DNA from: an uncultured Eubacteriales bacterium
GTDB lineage: Bacteria; Bacillota; Clostridia; Oscillospirales; Oscillospiraceae
Length of the DNA: 64,000 bases
Direction: 5' to 3'
NCBI GenBank assembly: GCA_900544405.1
Contig: UQVA01000002.1
Span: 17,095-81,094 of the forward strand
The notes beneath the pieces were generated by a model. It was not told where the DNA came from, did not search any database, and saw only the letters and a program-made list of their open reading frames with translations. Below are positions 26,022 through 36,362 of the stretch, piece after piece. Made by a program: the position numbers and the translations under genes. Every line of letters starts with the position of its first letter. Within the stretch, counting starts at the first letter, position 1.

Positions 26022-26990
26022 TTAGAACAGGTCGGCGATGGAGGTGCCGCCGTGGATGTGGGAGATGGCCCGGGCGAAGATGGGAGCAACGTCCAGCTGT
26101 TTGATTTTATCGCAGGGCATATTCTCGGGCAGGGGAATGGTGTTGTGGATGACCAGCTCCTTCAGCACGCTGTTCTGAATGCGCTCGTAAGCGGGACCGG
26201 ACAGCACGCCGTGGGTGGCGCAGGCATACACGTCCTTGGCTCCGCCCACTTCCACCAGAGCGGCAGCGGCGTTGCACAGGGAACCGGCGGTATCCACCAT
26301 GTCGTCATAGATGATGCAGGTCTTGCCCCGCACGTCGCCGATGACGTTCATGACCTCGCAGACATTGGCCTTCTGACGGCGCTTGTCCACGATGGCCAGG
26401 CCCATGTGGACCTTCCCGGCGAACACACGGGCACGGCTCACGCTGCCCACGTCCGGGGAGACAACCACGAACTCGTCATGGTTGTACTTCTCCTCCGGGA
26501 ACTTCTCCAGGAAGTAGTTCACGAAGGTGGGGTTGCCCAGCAGATGGTCCACGGGAATGTCGAAGAAGCCCTGGATCTGGGCGGCATGGAGGTCCATGGT
26601 CAGCACCCGATCCGCACCGGCGGCGGTGATCATGTTGGCCACCAGCTTGGCGGAGATGGGGTCCCGGCTCTTGGCCTTCCGATCCTGACGGGCGTAGCCG
26701 TAGTAGGGAATCACGGCGGTGATCCGACCGGCGGAAGCACGGCGGCAGGCGTCGATCATGACCAGCAGCTCCATCAGGTTGTCATTCACGGGCTTGCAGG
26801 TGGACTGAACCAGAAATACGTCCGCACCGCGGACGGTCTCTTCCAGGGCCACGGAAACTTCTCCGTCCGAAAAGGTCTTTACTGTGCTCTTGCCCATGGG
26901 GATACCCAGTTCCTTGCAGATGGTCTCAGCGAATTGGGGGTTGGAATTGCCGCAGAAAACTTGAATGTGATCTCCGTACGCAATCATCAA
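26022..26990 (-). CDS. prs: Ribose-phosphate pyrophosphokinase
   Basis: 322 aa; 'VIPYYGYARQDRK', PRPP-binding 'IIYDDMVDTAGS'. Confidence 0.9.
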   Translation of the reverse strand: MMIAYGDHIQVFCGNSNPQFAETICKELGIPMGKSTVKTFSDGEVSVALEETVRGADVFLVQSTCKPVNDNLMELLVMIDACRRASAGRITAVIPYYGYARQDRKAKSRDPISAKLVANMITAAGADRVLTMDLHAAQIQGFFDIPVDHLLGNPTFVNYFLEKFPEEKYNHDEFVVVSPDVGSVSRARVFAGKVHMGLAIVDKRRQKANVCEVMNVIGDVRGKTCIIYDDMVDTAGSLCNAAAALVEVGGAKDVYACATHGVLSGPAYERIQNSVLKELVIHNTIPLPENMPCDKIKQLDVAPIFARAISHIHGGTSIADLF

Positions 26991-27197
26991 TGAATACCTC
27001 GCTTTATTCTATTTCTGCCCCGGTCATACCCGTGACATTCTTAGTCTAATTATATCTGCCCCGGCAAAAAAAAGCAACCGGTTGCACAAGAAAATATCGA
27101 CAAAAAACATTCGTCCAATTCGGCCTATTCCGGCAACTGCCACATAAATCCCGCCCGGATGGAAAATTGACCGGGAGAAATTGCAACTAGCCGAAAT

Positions 27198-27227
27198 TAT
27201 GTTTGCATTTCTACTTGTAAGAATGGC
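27198..27227 (+). promoter_or_regulatory. Candidate uvrA promoter (TTGTAA-17-TAAAAT) with possible degenerate LexA/Cheo-like box cgaaattatgtttg just upstream
   Basis: sequence gccgaaattatgtttgcatttctacttgtaagaatggcgagactgtggtaaaat; GAAA-N4-GTTT resembles GAAC-N4-GTTC but is imperfect. Confidence 0.25.
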
Positions 27228-27278
27228 GAGACTGTGGTAAAATAAGAGAATCGAAACCAAGAGAATTGGAGAGCGGAA

Positions 27279-30104
27279 ATGAACGATACCATTCGCATCC
27301 GGGGGGCCAGGGAAAACAACCTGAAAAATGTGGACCTGACCATTCCGAGAGATAAATTGGTGGTCTTTACGGGCCTGTCCGGCTCCGGAAAGTCCAGCCT
27401 TGCCTTCGACACCATTTATGCCGAGGGCCAGCGGCGCTATGTGGAGAGCCTCAGCTCCTACGCCCGGCAATTCCTGGGGCAAATGGACAAGCCGGACGTG
27501 GACGCCATCGACGGCCTGTCCCCGGCCATCTCCATCGACCAGAAAACAACATCCAAGAACCCCCGCTCCACCGTGGGCACGGTGACGGAAATTTACGACT
27601 ACCTCCGGCTCCTCTGGGCCAGAGTGGGCGTGCCTCACTGCCCCAAGTGCGGCAAGGAAATTCGCCGCCAGACCGTCGACCAGATCGTGGACCGGGTGGA
27701 GCAGCTGGAACCGGGGACAAAGTTCCTGGTGCTTTCTCCGGTGATCCGGGGGAAGAAGGGCGAGCATGCCAAGGTCTTTGAGGACGCCCGGAAGGGGGGC
27801 TTCGCCCGTGTCCGGCTGGACGGTATTCTTTACGACCTGAACGAGCAAATTCCCTGCGAGAAAAACAAAAAGCACACCATTGAACTGGTGGTGGACCGGC
27901 TGGTGATGAAGGAAGGCCAGCGCCGCCGCTTGACGGACTCCATCGAGACGGCCTGTTCCCACTCCGGCGGCCTTGTGACCATCGAACTGCCGGGGACCGG
28001 GGAGGAACTGACCTTTTCCCAGAATTACGCCTGCGAGGACTGCGGCATCAGCCTGACGGAGTTGGAGCCGAGAATGTTTTCCTTCAACAATCCGGCGGGA
28101 GCCTGCCCGGTGTGTACCGGCCTGGGCTTCCAGCTGGAACCCAGCGCCGACCTGGTCATCCCGGACCGGAACAAGAGCATCCTGGAGGGGGCCATTCAGG
28201 CCTCCGGCTGGAACAGCGTCCGGACGGATTCCATTTTCCGGATGTATTTTGAAGCGCTGGCTCAGAAATATCATTTTTCCCTGTCCGTTCCCGTGAAGGA
28301 CCTGCCGGAAAGTGCGCTGGACGTGATTCTCCACGGCACCCGTGGGGAAAAGCTGAAAATGACCTACAACCGGGGCAACGGCATGGGGGTCCTGGAACAG
28401 CCCTTTGAGGGCATCCTGCCCAATATCGCCCGCCGGTTTCGGGAGACCCAGTCCGATGCGGCCCGGAAGGAACTGGAGGAGTGTATGTCCACGGCACCCT
28501 GTCCCGCCTGCCACGGCCAGCGGCTCTCGGAGATCGCCCGTGCGGTGACGGTGGGGGGCCTGGGCATCATGGATTTCTGCTCTATGAGTGTTTCCAAAGA
28601 GCTGGAATTTATGAAAGATCTGAAACTGGAGGGCAATCTGGCCCTCATCGCCCAGCAGATCGTCCGGGAGATTCGCTCCCGGCTGCAATTCCTGTCGGAT
28701 GTGGGCCTGCAATACCTGACCCTGAACCGGGCGGCGGCCACTCTGTCCGGCGGCGAGAGCCAGCGTATCCGGCTGGCCACCCAGATCGGTTCCTCCCTGA
28801 TGGGTGTTCTGTATATTCTTGACGAGCCTTCCATTGGCCTTCATCAGCGGGACAACGACCGGCTTCTGGAGACGTTGAAGCACCTGCGGGACCTGGGCAA
28901 CACGCTGATCGTGGTGGAGCATGACGAGGACACCATGCGTGCGGCGGATTTCATCGTGGACGTGGGCCCCGGAGCGGGCAGCCACGGCGGCGAAATTGTT
29001 GCGGCGGGGACCTTGCAGGATATTATTGCCAATCCCCGGTCCATCACGGGCCAGTACCTGTCCGGCGTGAAGAAAATTCCCGTTCCCACCACCCGCCGCC
29101 CCGGCAACGGCAAGTTCCTGACGGTCCGGGGAGCCACGGAAAATAATCTGAAAAACATCGACGTTTCCATTCCTTTGGGGACCTTCACCTGCGTCACCGG
29201 TGTGTCTGGCTCCGGCAAGTCCAGCCTGGTGGGAGAGGTGCTGAACAAGACCCTCCTGAGCCGATTGAATCACGCACGGGTCCGGCCCGGTGCCTGCAAA
29301 TGCGTGGAGGGCCTGGAAAATCTGGACAAGGTCATTGACATTGACCAAAGCCCCATCGGCCGGACGCCCCGGTCCAACCCAGCCACCTACACGGGCCTGT
29401 TCAACGATATTCGGGACCTGTTTGCCTCCACGGCGGACGCCAAAGCCCGGGGCTACGGCCCGGGACGGTTCTCTTTCAACGTGAAGGGCGGCCGGTGCGA
29501 GGCCTGCTGCGGCGACGGCCTGGTGAAGATCGAAATGCACTTCCTGGCGGACGTGTACGTGCCCTGTGACGTGTGCCACGGCCAGCGGTACAACCGGGAG
29601 ACCCTGGAGGTTCATTATAAGGGCAAAAATATCGCCCAGGTGCTGGACATGACTGCTGAGGAAGCGGTGGATTTTTTCGAGAATCTGCCGAAAATTCGCA
29701 GAAAGGCCCAGACTTTGGTGGAAGTGGGTCTGGGCTACGTGAAGCTGGGTCAATCCAGCACCACCCTGTCCGGCGGCGAGGCCCAGCGGGTGAAGCTGGC
29801 CACGGAGCTGGCCAGAGTATCCACGGGCCGGACCATTTACGTGCTGGACGAGCCGACGACCGGTCTCCATTCGGCGGATGTGCATAAGCTTATCGACGTG
29901 CTGCAGCAGCTTGTGGAGGCGGGCAATACGGTGCTGGTCATCGAGCACAATCTGGACATGATCAAGACTGCCGACTATCTCATCGACCTGGGTCCCGAAG
30001 GGGGCGACGGCGGCGGCACGCTGGTAGCGGCGGGAACGCCGGAGGAAGTGGCTGCCGTGCAGGAAAGCTACACGGGCCAGTATCTGAAAAAGTACCTGAA
30101 ATAA
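27279..30104 (+). CDS. uvrA: Excinuclease ABC subunit A
   Basis: 941 aa; two ABC ATPase modules '[14 protein letters not shown]' and '[11 protein letters not shown]', zinc fingers CPKCG / CEACCGDG. Confidence 0.9.
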   Translation: MNDTIRIRGARENNLKNVDLTIPRDKLVVFTGLSGSGKSSLAFDTIYAEGQRRYVESLSSYARQFLGQMDKPDVDAIDGLSPAISIDQKTTSKNPRSTVGTVTEIYDYLRLLWARVGVPHCPKCGKEIRRQTVDQIVDRVEQLEPGTKFLVLSPVIRGKKGEHAKVFEDARKGGFARVRLDGILYDLNEQIPCEKNKKHTIELVVDRLVMKEGQRRRLTDSIETACSHSGGLVTIELPGTGEELTFSQNYACEDCGISLTELEPRMFSFNNPAGACPVCTGLGFQLEPSADLVIPDRNKSILEGAIQASGWNSVRTDSIFRMYFEALAQKYHFSLSVPVKDLPESALDVILHGTRGEKLKMTYNRGNGMGVLEQPFEGILPNIARRFRETQSDAARKELEECMSTAPCPACHGQRLSEIARAVTVGGLGIMDFCSMSVSKELEFMKDLKLEGNLALIAQQIVREIRSRLQFLSDVGLQYLTLNRAAATLSGGESQRIRLATQIGSSLMGVLYILDEPSIGLHQRDNDRLLETLKHLRDLGNTLIVVEHDEDTMRAADFIVDVGPGAGSHGGEIVAAGTLQDIIANPRSITGQYLSGVKKIPVPTTRRPGNGKFLTVRGATENNLKNIDVSIPLGTFTCVTGVSGSGKSSLVGEVLNKTLLSRLNHARVRPGACKCVEGLENLDKVIDIDQSPIGRTPRSNPATYTGLFNDIRDLFASTADAKARGYGPGRFSFNVKGGRCEACCGDGLVKIEMHFLADVYVPCDVCHGQRYNRETLEVHYKGKNIAQVLDMTAEEAVDFFENLPKIRRKAQTLVEVGLGYVKLGQSSTTLSGGEAQRVKLATELARVSTGRTIYVLDEPTTGLHSADVHKLIDVLQQLVEAGNTVLVIEHNLDMIKTADYLIDLGPEGGDGGGTLVAAGTPEEVAAVQESYTGQYLKKYLK

Positions 30105-30108
30105 GAAA

Positions 30109-30133
30109 AAGCCTGCCCCGAATGGGGCAGGCC
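30109..30133. terminator. Bidirectional terminator between uvrA and histidine-kinase gene
   Basis: gcctgccccgaatggggcaggc palindrome. Confidence 0.55.
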
Positions 30134-30142
30134 AGATAGATT

Positions 30143-31219
30143 TTAGTTGATTTCGTCGGGACCGTAGAAGCTGGCGGGCAGGATGTCCGCAAATTCCAGC
30201 AGCCGGTGGTCCCGCTCTCCGGCATAGTCCACCCGCAGGGTGGGACTGCGGAGTGTATTGTCCACAGGCTTACGAATTTCAATGCTCATGGTGATGCGGA
30301 AGCCACCGTTTTCCGGCTGTTCCAGCAGCACCGTGCCTCCGTGAAGGGTGGCGGCGGTGCGGATGAGCAGCATCCCCAGGCCCAGGCCGTAGCGGCTGTC
30401 TTCGATGCCGGGGGAGCGCAGATACCGGGAGAACGCCGTGGACCGCAGGGCCGGATCCATGCCGCTGCCGTTGTCCTGAACGCTCAGGTACAGCTTGTTC
30501 CCGTTCCGGGTCAGCTTGACCTTGATGGTGCTGCCGGACGGGGCGAACTTCATGGCGTTGGAGAGCATATTGTACACGGCCCGCTCCATTTTATCCGTGT
30601 CGATGAGGGAGAAGATGGGGCCGGAGATCAGATCATATTCCAGCTGCGTCCCGAAGCCATCGGCCAGAGGCTCCAACCCTTCCAGAATTTCGGCAAGAGC
30701 ACCCTGCACGTCCCGCAGCTCCGGATGAAAAGCACCGGAGGCCCACAGAAAGGCGTCGGACATATTGCCCAGCACCCGCAGCATCTGGAAAAGCCGCCGG
30801 TTCATCTGGGAGACCTGATCCTGGGTGTCGGAATCGTCGGGGAGCCGGGGAAACATCCGGTCGGCAGCGCTCATGACGTTGGCCAGGGGCTGGCGCAGTT
30901 CCTGAGCGGCCAGGGCCATGGCCTGCAGGGCCTTCTGGTCCTCCGCATCTTCCAGAATGAAGATGTCCACGTCGTCTATCCGGTTGACGGAAGCGCCTGT
31001 GACCTCCCCCATGAGGTTCAGGGATAGGAACAGCTTTCCGCCGTCCAGTGCGGCGTATTCCGCATGGCCGGTCTGGAGCAATGCCTGGATTTGCGTGCCT
31101 TCAGAGATCATCCGCTGGGCGGCACCGCTGTTCACGGCGGTAATGAGCCCACCCCGGACACTGAAGGCCGGAGGGATCATCAGATCGAGGATTTGCAGAA
31201 TTGTTTTCTTTTCTTTCAT
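30143..31219 (-). CDS. Orphan cytoplasmic sensor histidine kinase-like protein with degenerate H-box (His replaced by Gln)
   Basis: ~358 aa from ATG 31219 (RBS GGAGG); no TM; PAS-like N-term; DHp 'AAQELRQPLANV' where consensus is HELRTPL (CAG codon at the His position); intact N/G1/G2 boxes 'NMLSNAMKFAP','DNGSGMD','GLGLGM'; no adjacent response regulator. Confidence 0.7.
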   Translation of the reverse strand: MKEKKTILQILDLMIPPAFSVRGGLITAVNSGAAQRMISEGTQIQALLQTGHAEYAALDGGKLFLSLNLMGEVTGASVNRIDDVDIFILEDAEDQKALQAMALAAQELRQPLANVMSAADRMFPRLPDDSDTQDQVSQMNRRLFQMLRVLGNMSDAFLWASGAFHPELRDVQGALAEILEGLEPLADGFGTQLEYDLISGPIFSLIDTDKMERAVYNMLSNAMKFAPSGSTIKVKLTRNGNKLYLSVQDNGSGMDPALRSTAFSRYLRSPGIEDSRYGLGLGMLLIRTAATLHGGTVLLEQPENGGFRITMSIEIRKPVDNTLRSPTLRVDYAGERDHRLLEFADILPASFYGPDEIN

Positions 31220-31345
31220 GGATATCCTCCTTATGCGTTTAGGGTGTCCGGAATGAAAGATTTCTTGCGTCACGGAACGGATCATTCCTATTTTATCATC
31301 TTTCACGAAAATAGCAAGGGGTCAACCCGGATCGGAGGGAAAAAT

Positions 31346-32041
31346 ATGTCGATTCATGAGGGACACAGGCAGCGGCTCCGTCAGCGCTTCCGCCAGGAGG
31401 GGCTGGACCACTTCGACGAGCGGCAGGTGCTGGAGCTTCTGCTCTTTTACGCCGTGCCCCGGCAGGACACTGCCCCCATGGCCCAGGCCCTGCTGGATGC
31501 CTTCGGCTCCCTGGCGCAGGTGCTGGAAGCCCCGCGGGAGGCACTGGAAAAAGTCAGCGGGGTAGGGGAAAGCGCCTCCACGCTGCTGACCCTGACCACG
31601 GCGGTGGGGCGGTACTATCTGGTGAACCGGTCCGCCCAGAGCGTCATTCTGAATACCACCGGCAAATGCGGGGCTTACCTGCTGCCCTATTTCTATGCCA
31701 AGCGGCACGAAACGGTGATGCTGCTGTGCCTGGATGCCAAGTGCAAGGTCCTTTGCTGCAAGGAAGTCACCGAGGGCAGCGTGAACAGCGCATCCATTTC
31801 CGTCCGGCGGGTGGTGGAGACGGCCCTGGGGGCCAACGCCAGCACTGTGGTCCTGGCCCATAACCATCCCAGCGGCCTGGCCATCCCCTCGGCGGAGGAC
31901 GTGCAGACCACCCGGCGCATCGCCAAGGCACTATCTCTGGTGGAGATCACCCTGGCGGACCACATCGTGGTAGCGGAAGATGATTTCGTGTCTCTGGCCC
32001 AGTCGGGACTGTTCCATCCCGGCGTGGACTTTGAGGACTGA
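31346..32041 (+). CDS. radC: RadC-family JAB/MPN domain protein (UPF0758)
   Basis: 231 aa from ATG 31346 (RBS GGAGGGA); HhH N-term, JAMM '[25 protein letters not shown]'. Confidence 0.85.
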   Translation: MSIHEGHRQRLRQRFRQEGLDHFDERQVLELLLFYAVPRQDTAPMAQALLDAFGSLAQVLEAPREALEKVSGVGESASTLLTLTTAVGRYYLVNRSAQSVILNTTGKCGAYLLPYFYAKRHETVMLLCLDAKCKVLCCKEVTEGSVNSASISVRRVVETALGANASTVVLAHNHPSGLAIPSAEDVQTTRRIAKALSLVEITLADHIVVAEDDFVSLAQSGLFHPGVDFED

Positions 32042-32054
32042 AAGGAGACAAACC

Positions 32055-34019
32055 ATGGACCGTTTTGAATTGGTTTCCGAATTCAAGCCCTCCGGCGACC
32101 AACCGGAGGCTATCGAGGCCCTGGCCAATGGCGTGAATCTGGGCCTGGAGGAGCAGACACTGCTGGGCGTTACCGGCTCCGGCAAGACCTTCACTATGGC
32201 CAGCGTCATTGAAAAGGTCAACAAGCCTACCCTGGTGCTGGCCCATAACAAGACCCTGGCCGCCCAGCTTTATTCGGAATTCAAGGAGTTTTTTCCCAAT
32301 AATGCGGTGGAATACTTCATTTCCTACTACGATTACTACCAGCCGGAGGCCTATATCCCCCACACGGACACCTATATTGAAAAGGACGCTTCCGTGAACG
32401 ATGAAATTGACCGGCTACGGCTTTCCGCCACGGCGTCTCTGCTGGAACGGCGGGATGTGATCGTGGTGTCCTCAGTGTCCTGCATTTACGGCCTGGGCGA
32501 GCCGGAGGATTTTGCGGCCATGATGGTCTCCCTGCGGGTTGGGGCCACAATGGAGCGGGACACCCTGCTGAAAAAGCTGGTGGACATCCGCTATGAGCGC
32601 AACGACATTGCCTTCGAGCGGAACGCCTTCCGGGTCCGGGGGGACACCGTGGAGGTGTGGCCTGCCTACTGGAAGGACACGGCCCTGCGGATCGAGTTCT
32701 TCGGGGACGAGATCGACGCCATTTCCGAGATCAACGCCGTGACCGGCACCCCCATGCGGCGGCTCACCAATATCCCCATCTGGCCCGCCGCCCACTATGT
32801 GACCCCCAAGGAGAAAATGGACAAGGCCATTCAGGAGATTTACAAAGAGATGGAGGAACGGGTGGCCTACTTTGAGAAGGAAAAGAAGCTCATCGAGGCC
32901 CAGCGTATTCGCCAGCGGACCATGTACGACATTGAAATGATGCAGGAGGTGGGCTATTGCTCCGGCATCGAGAATTACTCCCGGGTCATTGAAAACCGGC
33001 CGGTGGGTTCTCCCCCTAAGACGCTGCTGGATTATTTCCCCAAGGATTTCCTGATGTTCATTGACGAAAGCCATGTGACCCTGCCCCAGGTCCGGGCCAT
33101 GTACAACGGCGACCGGGCCAGAAAGACCTCCCTGGTGGAGTACGGCTTCCGGCTGCCCTGTGCCTACGATAACCGCCCCCTGCAATTCCATGAATTTCAG
33201 CAGCGGGTGAATCAGGTGGTGTATGTGTCGGCCACCCCCGGCGACTATGAGCGGCAGCGGTCCGGCCAGATCGTGGAGCAGGTCATCCGTCCCACGGGCC
33301 TGCTGGACCCCCTGGTGGAGGTCCGACCCATCGATGGGCAGATCGACGACCTGATTGGGGAGATCAACGCCCGTGCCGCCCGGAACGAGCGGGTGCTGGT
33401 AACGACCCTGACCAAGAAAATGGCCGAGGACCTGACCCAGTATCTGCAAAAAGCGGGCATCCGGGTCCGGTATATGCACTCGGACATTGCTTCCCTGGAA
33501 CGGATGGAAATTATCCGGGACCTACGGCTGGCAAAATTCGACGTGCTGGTGGGTATCAACCTGCTGCGGGAGGGCCTGGACCTGCCGGAGGTCAGTCTGG
33601 TGGCTATTCTGGATGCGGACAAAGAAGGCTTCCTCCGATCCGAGACCAGTCTCATCCAGACCATCGGCCGTGCGGCCCGAAATGCCGACGGCAAGGTCAT
33701 CATGTATGCCGACAACGAAACGCCTTCCATGAAAGCGGCCATCGAGGAGACGGAGCGCCGCCGGAAAATTCAGGACGCCTTCAACAAGGCCCACGGCATC
33801 ACCCCCAAGACGGTCATCAAGTCCGTCCGGGACCTGTTGGAAATCTCCCAGCCTGCCGACGAGAAGAAGGGCCGCAGCGGCATCAAGATGACCAAGGCTG
33901 AGAAGGAAAAAGAGATCGCCCGGCTGGAAAAACAGATGAAGGAAGCTGCAAAGATGATGGAGTACGAATATGCGGCGGTCTTACGGGATCAGATCATCGA
34001 ATTGCGGGGAAAAAGTTGA
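32055..34019 (+). CDS. uvrB: Excinuclease ABC subunit B
   Basis: 654 aa from ATG 32055 (RBS AAAGGAG); '[12 protein letters not shown]', beta-hairpin region, C-terminal UVR domain '[17 protein letters not shown]'. Confidence 0.9.
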   Translation: MDRFELVSEFKPSGDQPEAIEALANGVNLGLEEQTLLGVTGSGKTFTMASVIEKVNKPTLVLAHNKTLAAQLYSEFKEFFPNNAVEYFISYYDYYQPEAYIPHTDTYIEKDASVNDEIDRLRLSATASLLERRDVIVVSSVSCIYGLGEPEDFAAMMVSLRVGATMERDTLLKKLVDIRYERNDIAFERNAFRVRGDTVEVWPAYWKDTALRIEFFGDEIDAISEINAVTGTPMRRLTNIPIWPAAHYVTPKEKMDKAIQEIYKEMEERVAYFEKEKKLIEAQRIRQRTMYDIEMMQEVGYCSGIENYSRVIENRPVGSPPKTLLDYFPKDFLMFIDESHVTLPQVRAMYNGDRARKTSLVEYGFRLPCAYDNRPLQFHEFQQRVNQVVYVSATPGDYERQRSGQIVEQVIRPTGLLDPLVEVRPIDGQIDDLIGEINARAARNERVLVTTLTKKMAEDLTQYLQKAGIRVRYMHSDIASLERMEIIRDLRLAKFDVLVGINLLREGLDLPEVSLVAILDADKEGFLRSETSLIQTIGRAARNADGKVIMYADNETPSMKAAIEETERRRKIQDAFNKAHGITPKTVIKSVRDLLEISQPADEKKGRSGIKMTKAEKEKEIARLEKQMKEAAKMMEYEYAAVLRDQIIELRGKS

Positions 34020-34159
34020 GAAAACTCGGAAATCAACCGAAAGTTGATAGAAAATCAACCGCCGCTTGACAAGAAAAGGCGCCCAATTAACGGATAAGTG
34101 ATAGCTTTTTGGGGGGACTTGTGGCACAATGGACCCATCAAAACGAGGGAGGAATTCCT

Positions 34160-35155
34160 ATGGAACAAACATTGGGAAAACGGATCATGGAGAACCGGAA
34201 GCGGCTGGGATGGACCCAGGACCGGCTGGCGGAGCAGATGGGCGTGTTCGCCCAGGCGGTCAGCAAATGGGAAAACGACCAGTCCTGCCCGGATATTTCG
34301 CTGCTGCCCAAGCTGGCGGAGCTGTTCGGTATCACGGTGGACGAGCTGCTGGGGCATAAGACCGAGAAGGTTTATGAGGCGGAAGTGGTCCGGGAGGATG
34401 AGAAGGACGAGGATAAGGGCATCACCTTGAATTGGGAGGGCGGCAAGACCTGGGGCGTTGCCGCCGGGTTGACGGTGCTGCTGACGGCGGCGCTGATGAT
34501 CGCAGCCAATTTTATACCAAATCTCCACGCACCCTTCTGGGGGACCTTGTGGCCTGCTGCCATGCTGGTGGGCGGTCTGGTGTATACGGTCGAGGGCTTT
34601 TCTTTCCTGAAGCTGGGCGTGGCCGTCATGGGCGGCTATTTCCTGCTGGACCATCTGGGCGTATTTGCTGTCGATCTCGGAAATCTGGTTTTCCCTGTGC
34701 TGCTGGTGATCCTTGGCCTTTCCCTGCTGGCGGATGCCCTGAAAAAGAAGCAGAAGCGGGGCAAGTGGCAGGTTCAGGGGAGGAGCAGTAAAGAGAAAAA
34801 GAGCTTTACCTGCTCCGAGCAGGAGGGGACCTTCCGGGCGGAGAATTCCTTCGGGGAGCAGACTTTCCTGGTGACCGTGAGCAAGCTGAACCGTGGCCGG
34901 GCGGAAGTCAATTTCGGCAATAGCATCGTGGATCTGACTGGCGTGGATAGCGTTGGTGAGAACTGCCGCCTAGAAGCGGACGTTTCCTTCGGGGAAATGA
35001 CCATCCGCTGTCCCCGGCGGTTCCGGATGGTCTGCAACAATTCCGGCAGCTTCGGCGGCATGGAATATCACGGCAACCCGGACGAGGAGCCTCAGGGGGT
35101 CATTACCCTGGACGGCAGCACCAGCTTCGGCAGTCTGGTCATTGAGTACATATAA
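34160..35155 (+). CDS. XRE-family HTH regulator fused to membrane domain and C-terminal LiaF/DUF4097-like domain
   Basis: 331 aa from ATG 34160 (RBS gagggagg); 'LGKRIMENRKRLGWTQDRLAEQMGVFAQAVSKWENDQSCPDISLLPKLAELFGITVDELL' HTH_XRE; 3-4 TM helices; C-terminal beta-rich 'FGEMTIRCP...FGSLVIEYI'. Confidence 0.7.
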   Translation: MEQTLGKRIMENRKRLGWTQDRLAEQMGVFAQAVSKWENDQSCPDISLLPKLAELFGITVDELLGHKTEKVYEAEVVREDEKDEDKGITLNWEGGKTWGVAAGLTVLLTAALMIAANFIPNLHAPFWGTLWPAAMLVGGLVYTVEGFSFLKLGVAVMGGYFLLDHLGVFAVDLGNLVFPVLLVILGLSLLADALKKKQKRGKWQVQGRSSKEKKSFTCSEQEGTFRAENSFGEQTFLVTVSKLNRGRAEVNFGNSIVDLTGVDSVGENCRLEADVSFGEMTIRCPRRFRMVCNNSGSFGGMEYHGNPDEEPQGVITLDGSTSFGSLVIEYI

Positions 35156-35161
35156 AAAGGA

Positions 35162-35197
35162 CCTCCGCAAGGACGAAACACCGTCTTTGCGGAGGAA
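35162..35197. terminator. Bidirectional terminator
   Basis: cctccgcaaggacg-aaacac-cgtctttgcggagg hairpin + T-run. Confidence 0.6.
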
Positions 35198-35201
35198 TTT
35201 T

Positions 35202-36140
35202 TTACTTTTTCGTGTTGTCCAGGACTTCTTTGGCGATGTAAATGGGGCGGTCCTTGCTTTGCTCGAAGGTCCGGCCCACGTATTCGCCGATGATGCCGAT
35301 GCAGATGAGTTGAATGGCGGCAAAAAACAGGATAAGAACAATAATGGAAGCGTAGCCCGGCACATCGATGCCGTGGATGAGGGTCCGCAGCAGCACCACG
35401 ATCAGGTAAATGACCGCCGCCAGGGCCGTGCAGCCGCCCAGATATGTGGCCAGCCGCAGGGGAGCGGTGGAGTAGCCGATGATGCCCTCAATGGCGTAAT
35501 TCAGCAGCTTCCGGAAGTTCCATTTGGTGGTCCCGGCGTTCCGCTCGCAGGCGGTGTAGGGAATATAGCAGGTGTCATAGCCCACCCAGGCGAAAATGCC
35601 CTTGGAGAACCGGTGATATTCGGTCAGTTCCAGAATGCTGTCCCGGACGCTGCGGCGGAAGGTGCGGAAATCGCTGGCGTCCGCATGAAGCTTTACGGTG
35701 GACATTTTATTGATGATGCGGTAAAAGCTCTTTTTGAAGAAGGAAAGGGTCTTGCTTTCCCCGCGGCGGTCCTGATAGGCGGCAACAATGTCATATTGGG
35801 GCTGGTTGTCCAGAATATTCACCATATCCCGGACGATCTCTGGCCGCTGCTGCAGGTCCGCATCGATGAGGGAGATATATTCCCCGTCGGCGTGCTGCAA
35901 TCCGGCGTAAAGCCCTGCTTCCTTGCCAAAATTCCGGGAGAAGCTGATGATCTTCATGGGACATTCCCCGGCGGCATAGAGCTTTTTCAGGTTGTGGAGG
36001 GTGGCGTCGGAGCTGCCGTCGTCCACATAGATGATCTCGTAGTCATAGCCGCAGTCCTGAAAGGCGGACCGGACGGCCGCCTGAAAGGGGGCCACATTCT
36101 CGGCCTCGTTGAAGCAGGGAACGATCAGAGACAGTTTCAT
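35202..36140 (-). CDS. Family-2 glycosyltransferase (polyprenyl-phosphate sugar transferase, GtrB/ArnC/DPM1-like) with C-terminal TM helices
   Basis: ~312 aa from ATG 36140; 'LSLIVPCFNEAENV', 'YVDDGSSD', 'DADLQ' DxD, two C-terminal TM. Confidence 0.8.
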   Translation of the reverse strand: MKLSLIVPCFNEAENVAPFQAAVRSAFQDCGYDYEIIYVDDGSSDATLHNLKKLYAAGECPMKIISFSRNFGKEAGLYAGLQHADGEYISLIDADLQQRPEIVRDMVNILDNQPQYDIVAAYQDRRGESKTLSFFKKSFYRIINKMSTVKLHADASDFRTFRRSVRDSILELTEYHRFSKGIFAWVGYDTCYIPYTACERNAGTTKWNFRKLLNYAIEGIIGYSTAPLRLATYLGGCTALAAVIYLIVVLLRTLIHGIDVPGYASIIVLILFFAAIQLICIGIIGEYVGRTFEQSKDRPIYIAKEVLDNTKK

Positions 36141-36206
36141 AGGGCATCCTTCCAATCGTAAAGATAGGTCTATTATAGCAGTATTCCGGCAAAAGTCAAC
36201 GGCGCA

Positions 36207-36362
36207 TCAGACCTTGGAGTAGCTGAAATCTTCAAAGAGCAGCCGGTCGCCGGTGTCGATGTCCTCCGGCAGCAGAGCCAAGGCCACGGAGCGTTCCAGG
36301 CCAGACTCCTCGCTGCGAAGCACGGCGTAATCGCCGGAAATTTCCGATACGGTGTAGTACAT
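36207..36362 (-). CDS. DUF3006-like small protein (51 aa), not in ORF track
   Basis: MYYTVSEISGDYAVLRSEESGLERSVALALLPEDIDTGDRLLFEDFSYSKV; pattern M.YTV..I.GDYAVL....G.....LP.....GD.L matches DUF3006; start abuts gtrA stop. Confidence 0.5.
   Translation of the reverse strand: MYYTVSEISGDYAVLRSEESGLERSVALALLPEDIDTGDRLLFEDFSYSKV

Noticed and set aside
27024-29948. 974-aa minus-strand ORF
   Set aside because: Antisense to uvrA, whose ABC and zinc-finger motifs are unambiguous on the plus strand
31220-31306. Upstream extension of the histidine-kinase ORF (387-aa version starting MKDDKIG)
   Set aside because: Internal ATG at 31219 has a GGAGG RBS at ideal spacing; the extension would overlap the radC promoter region
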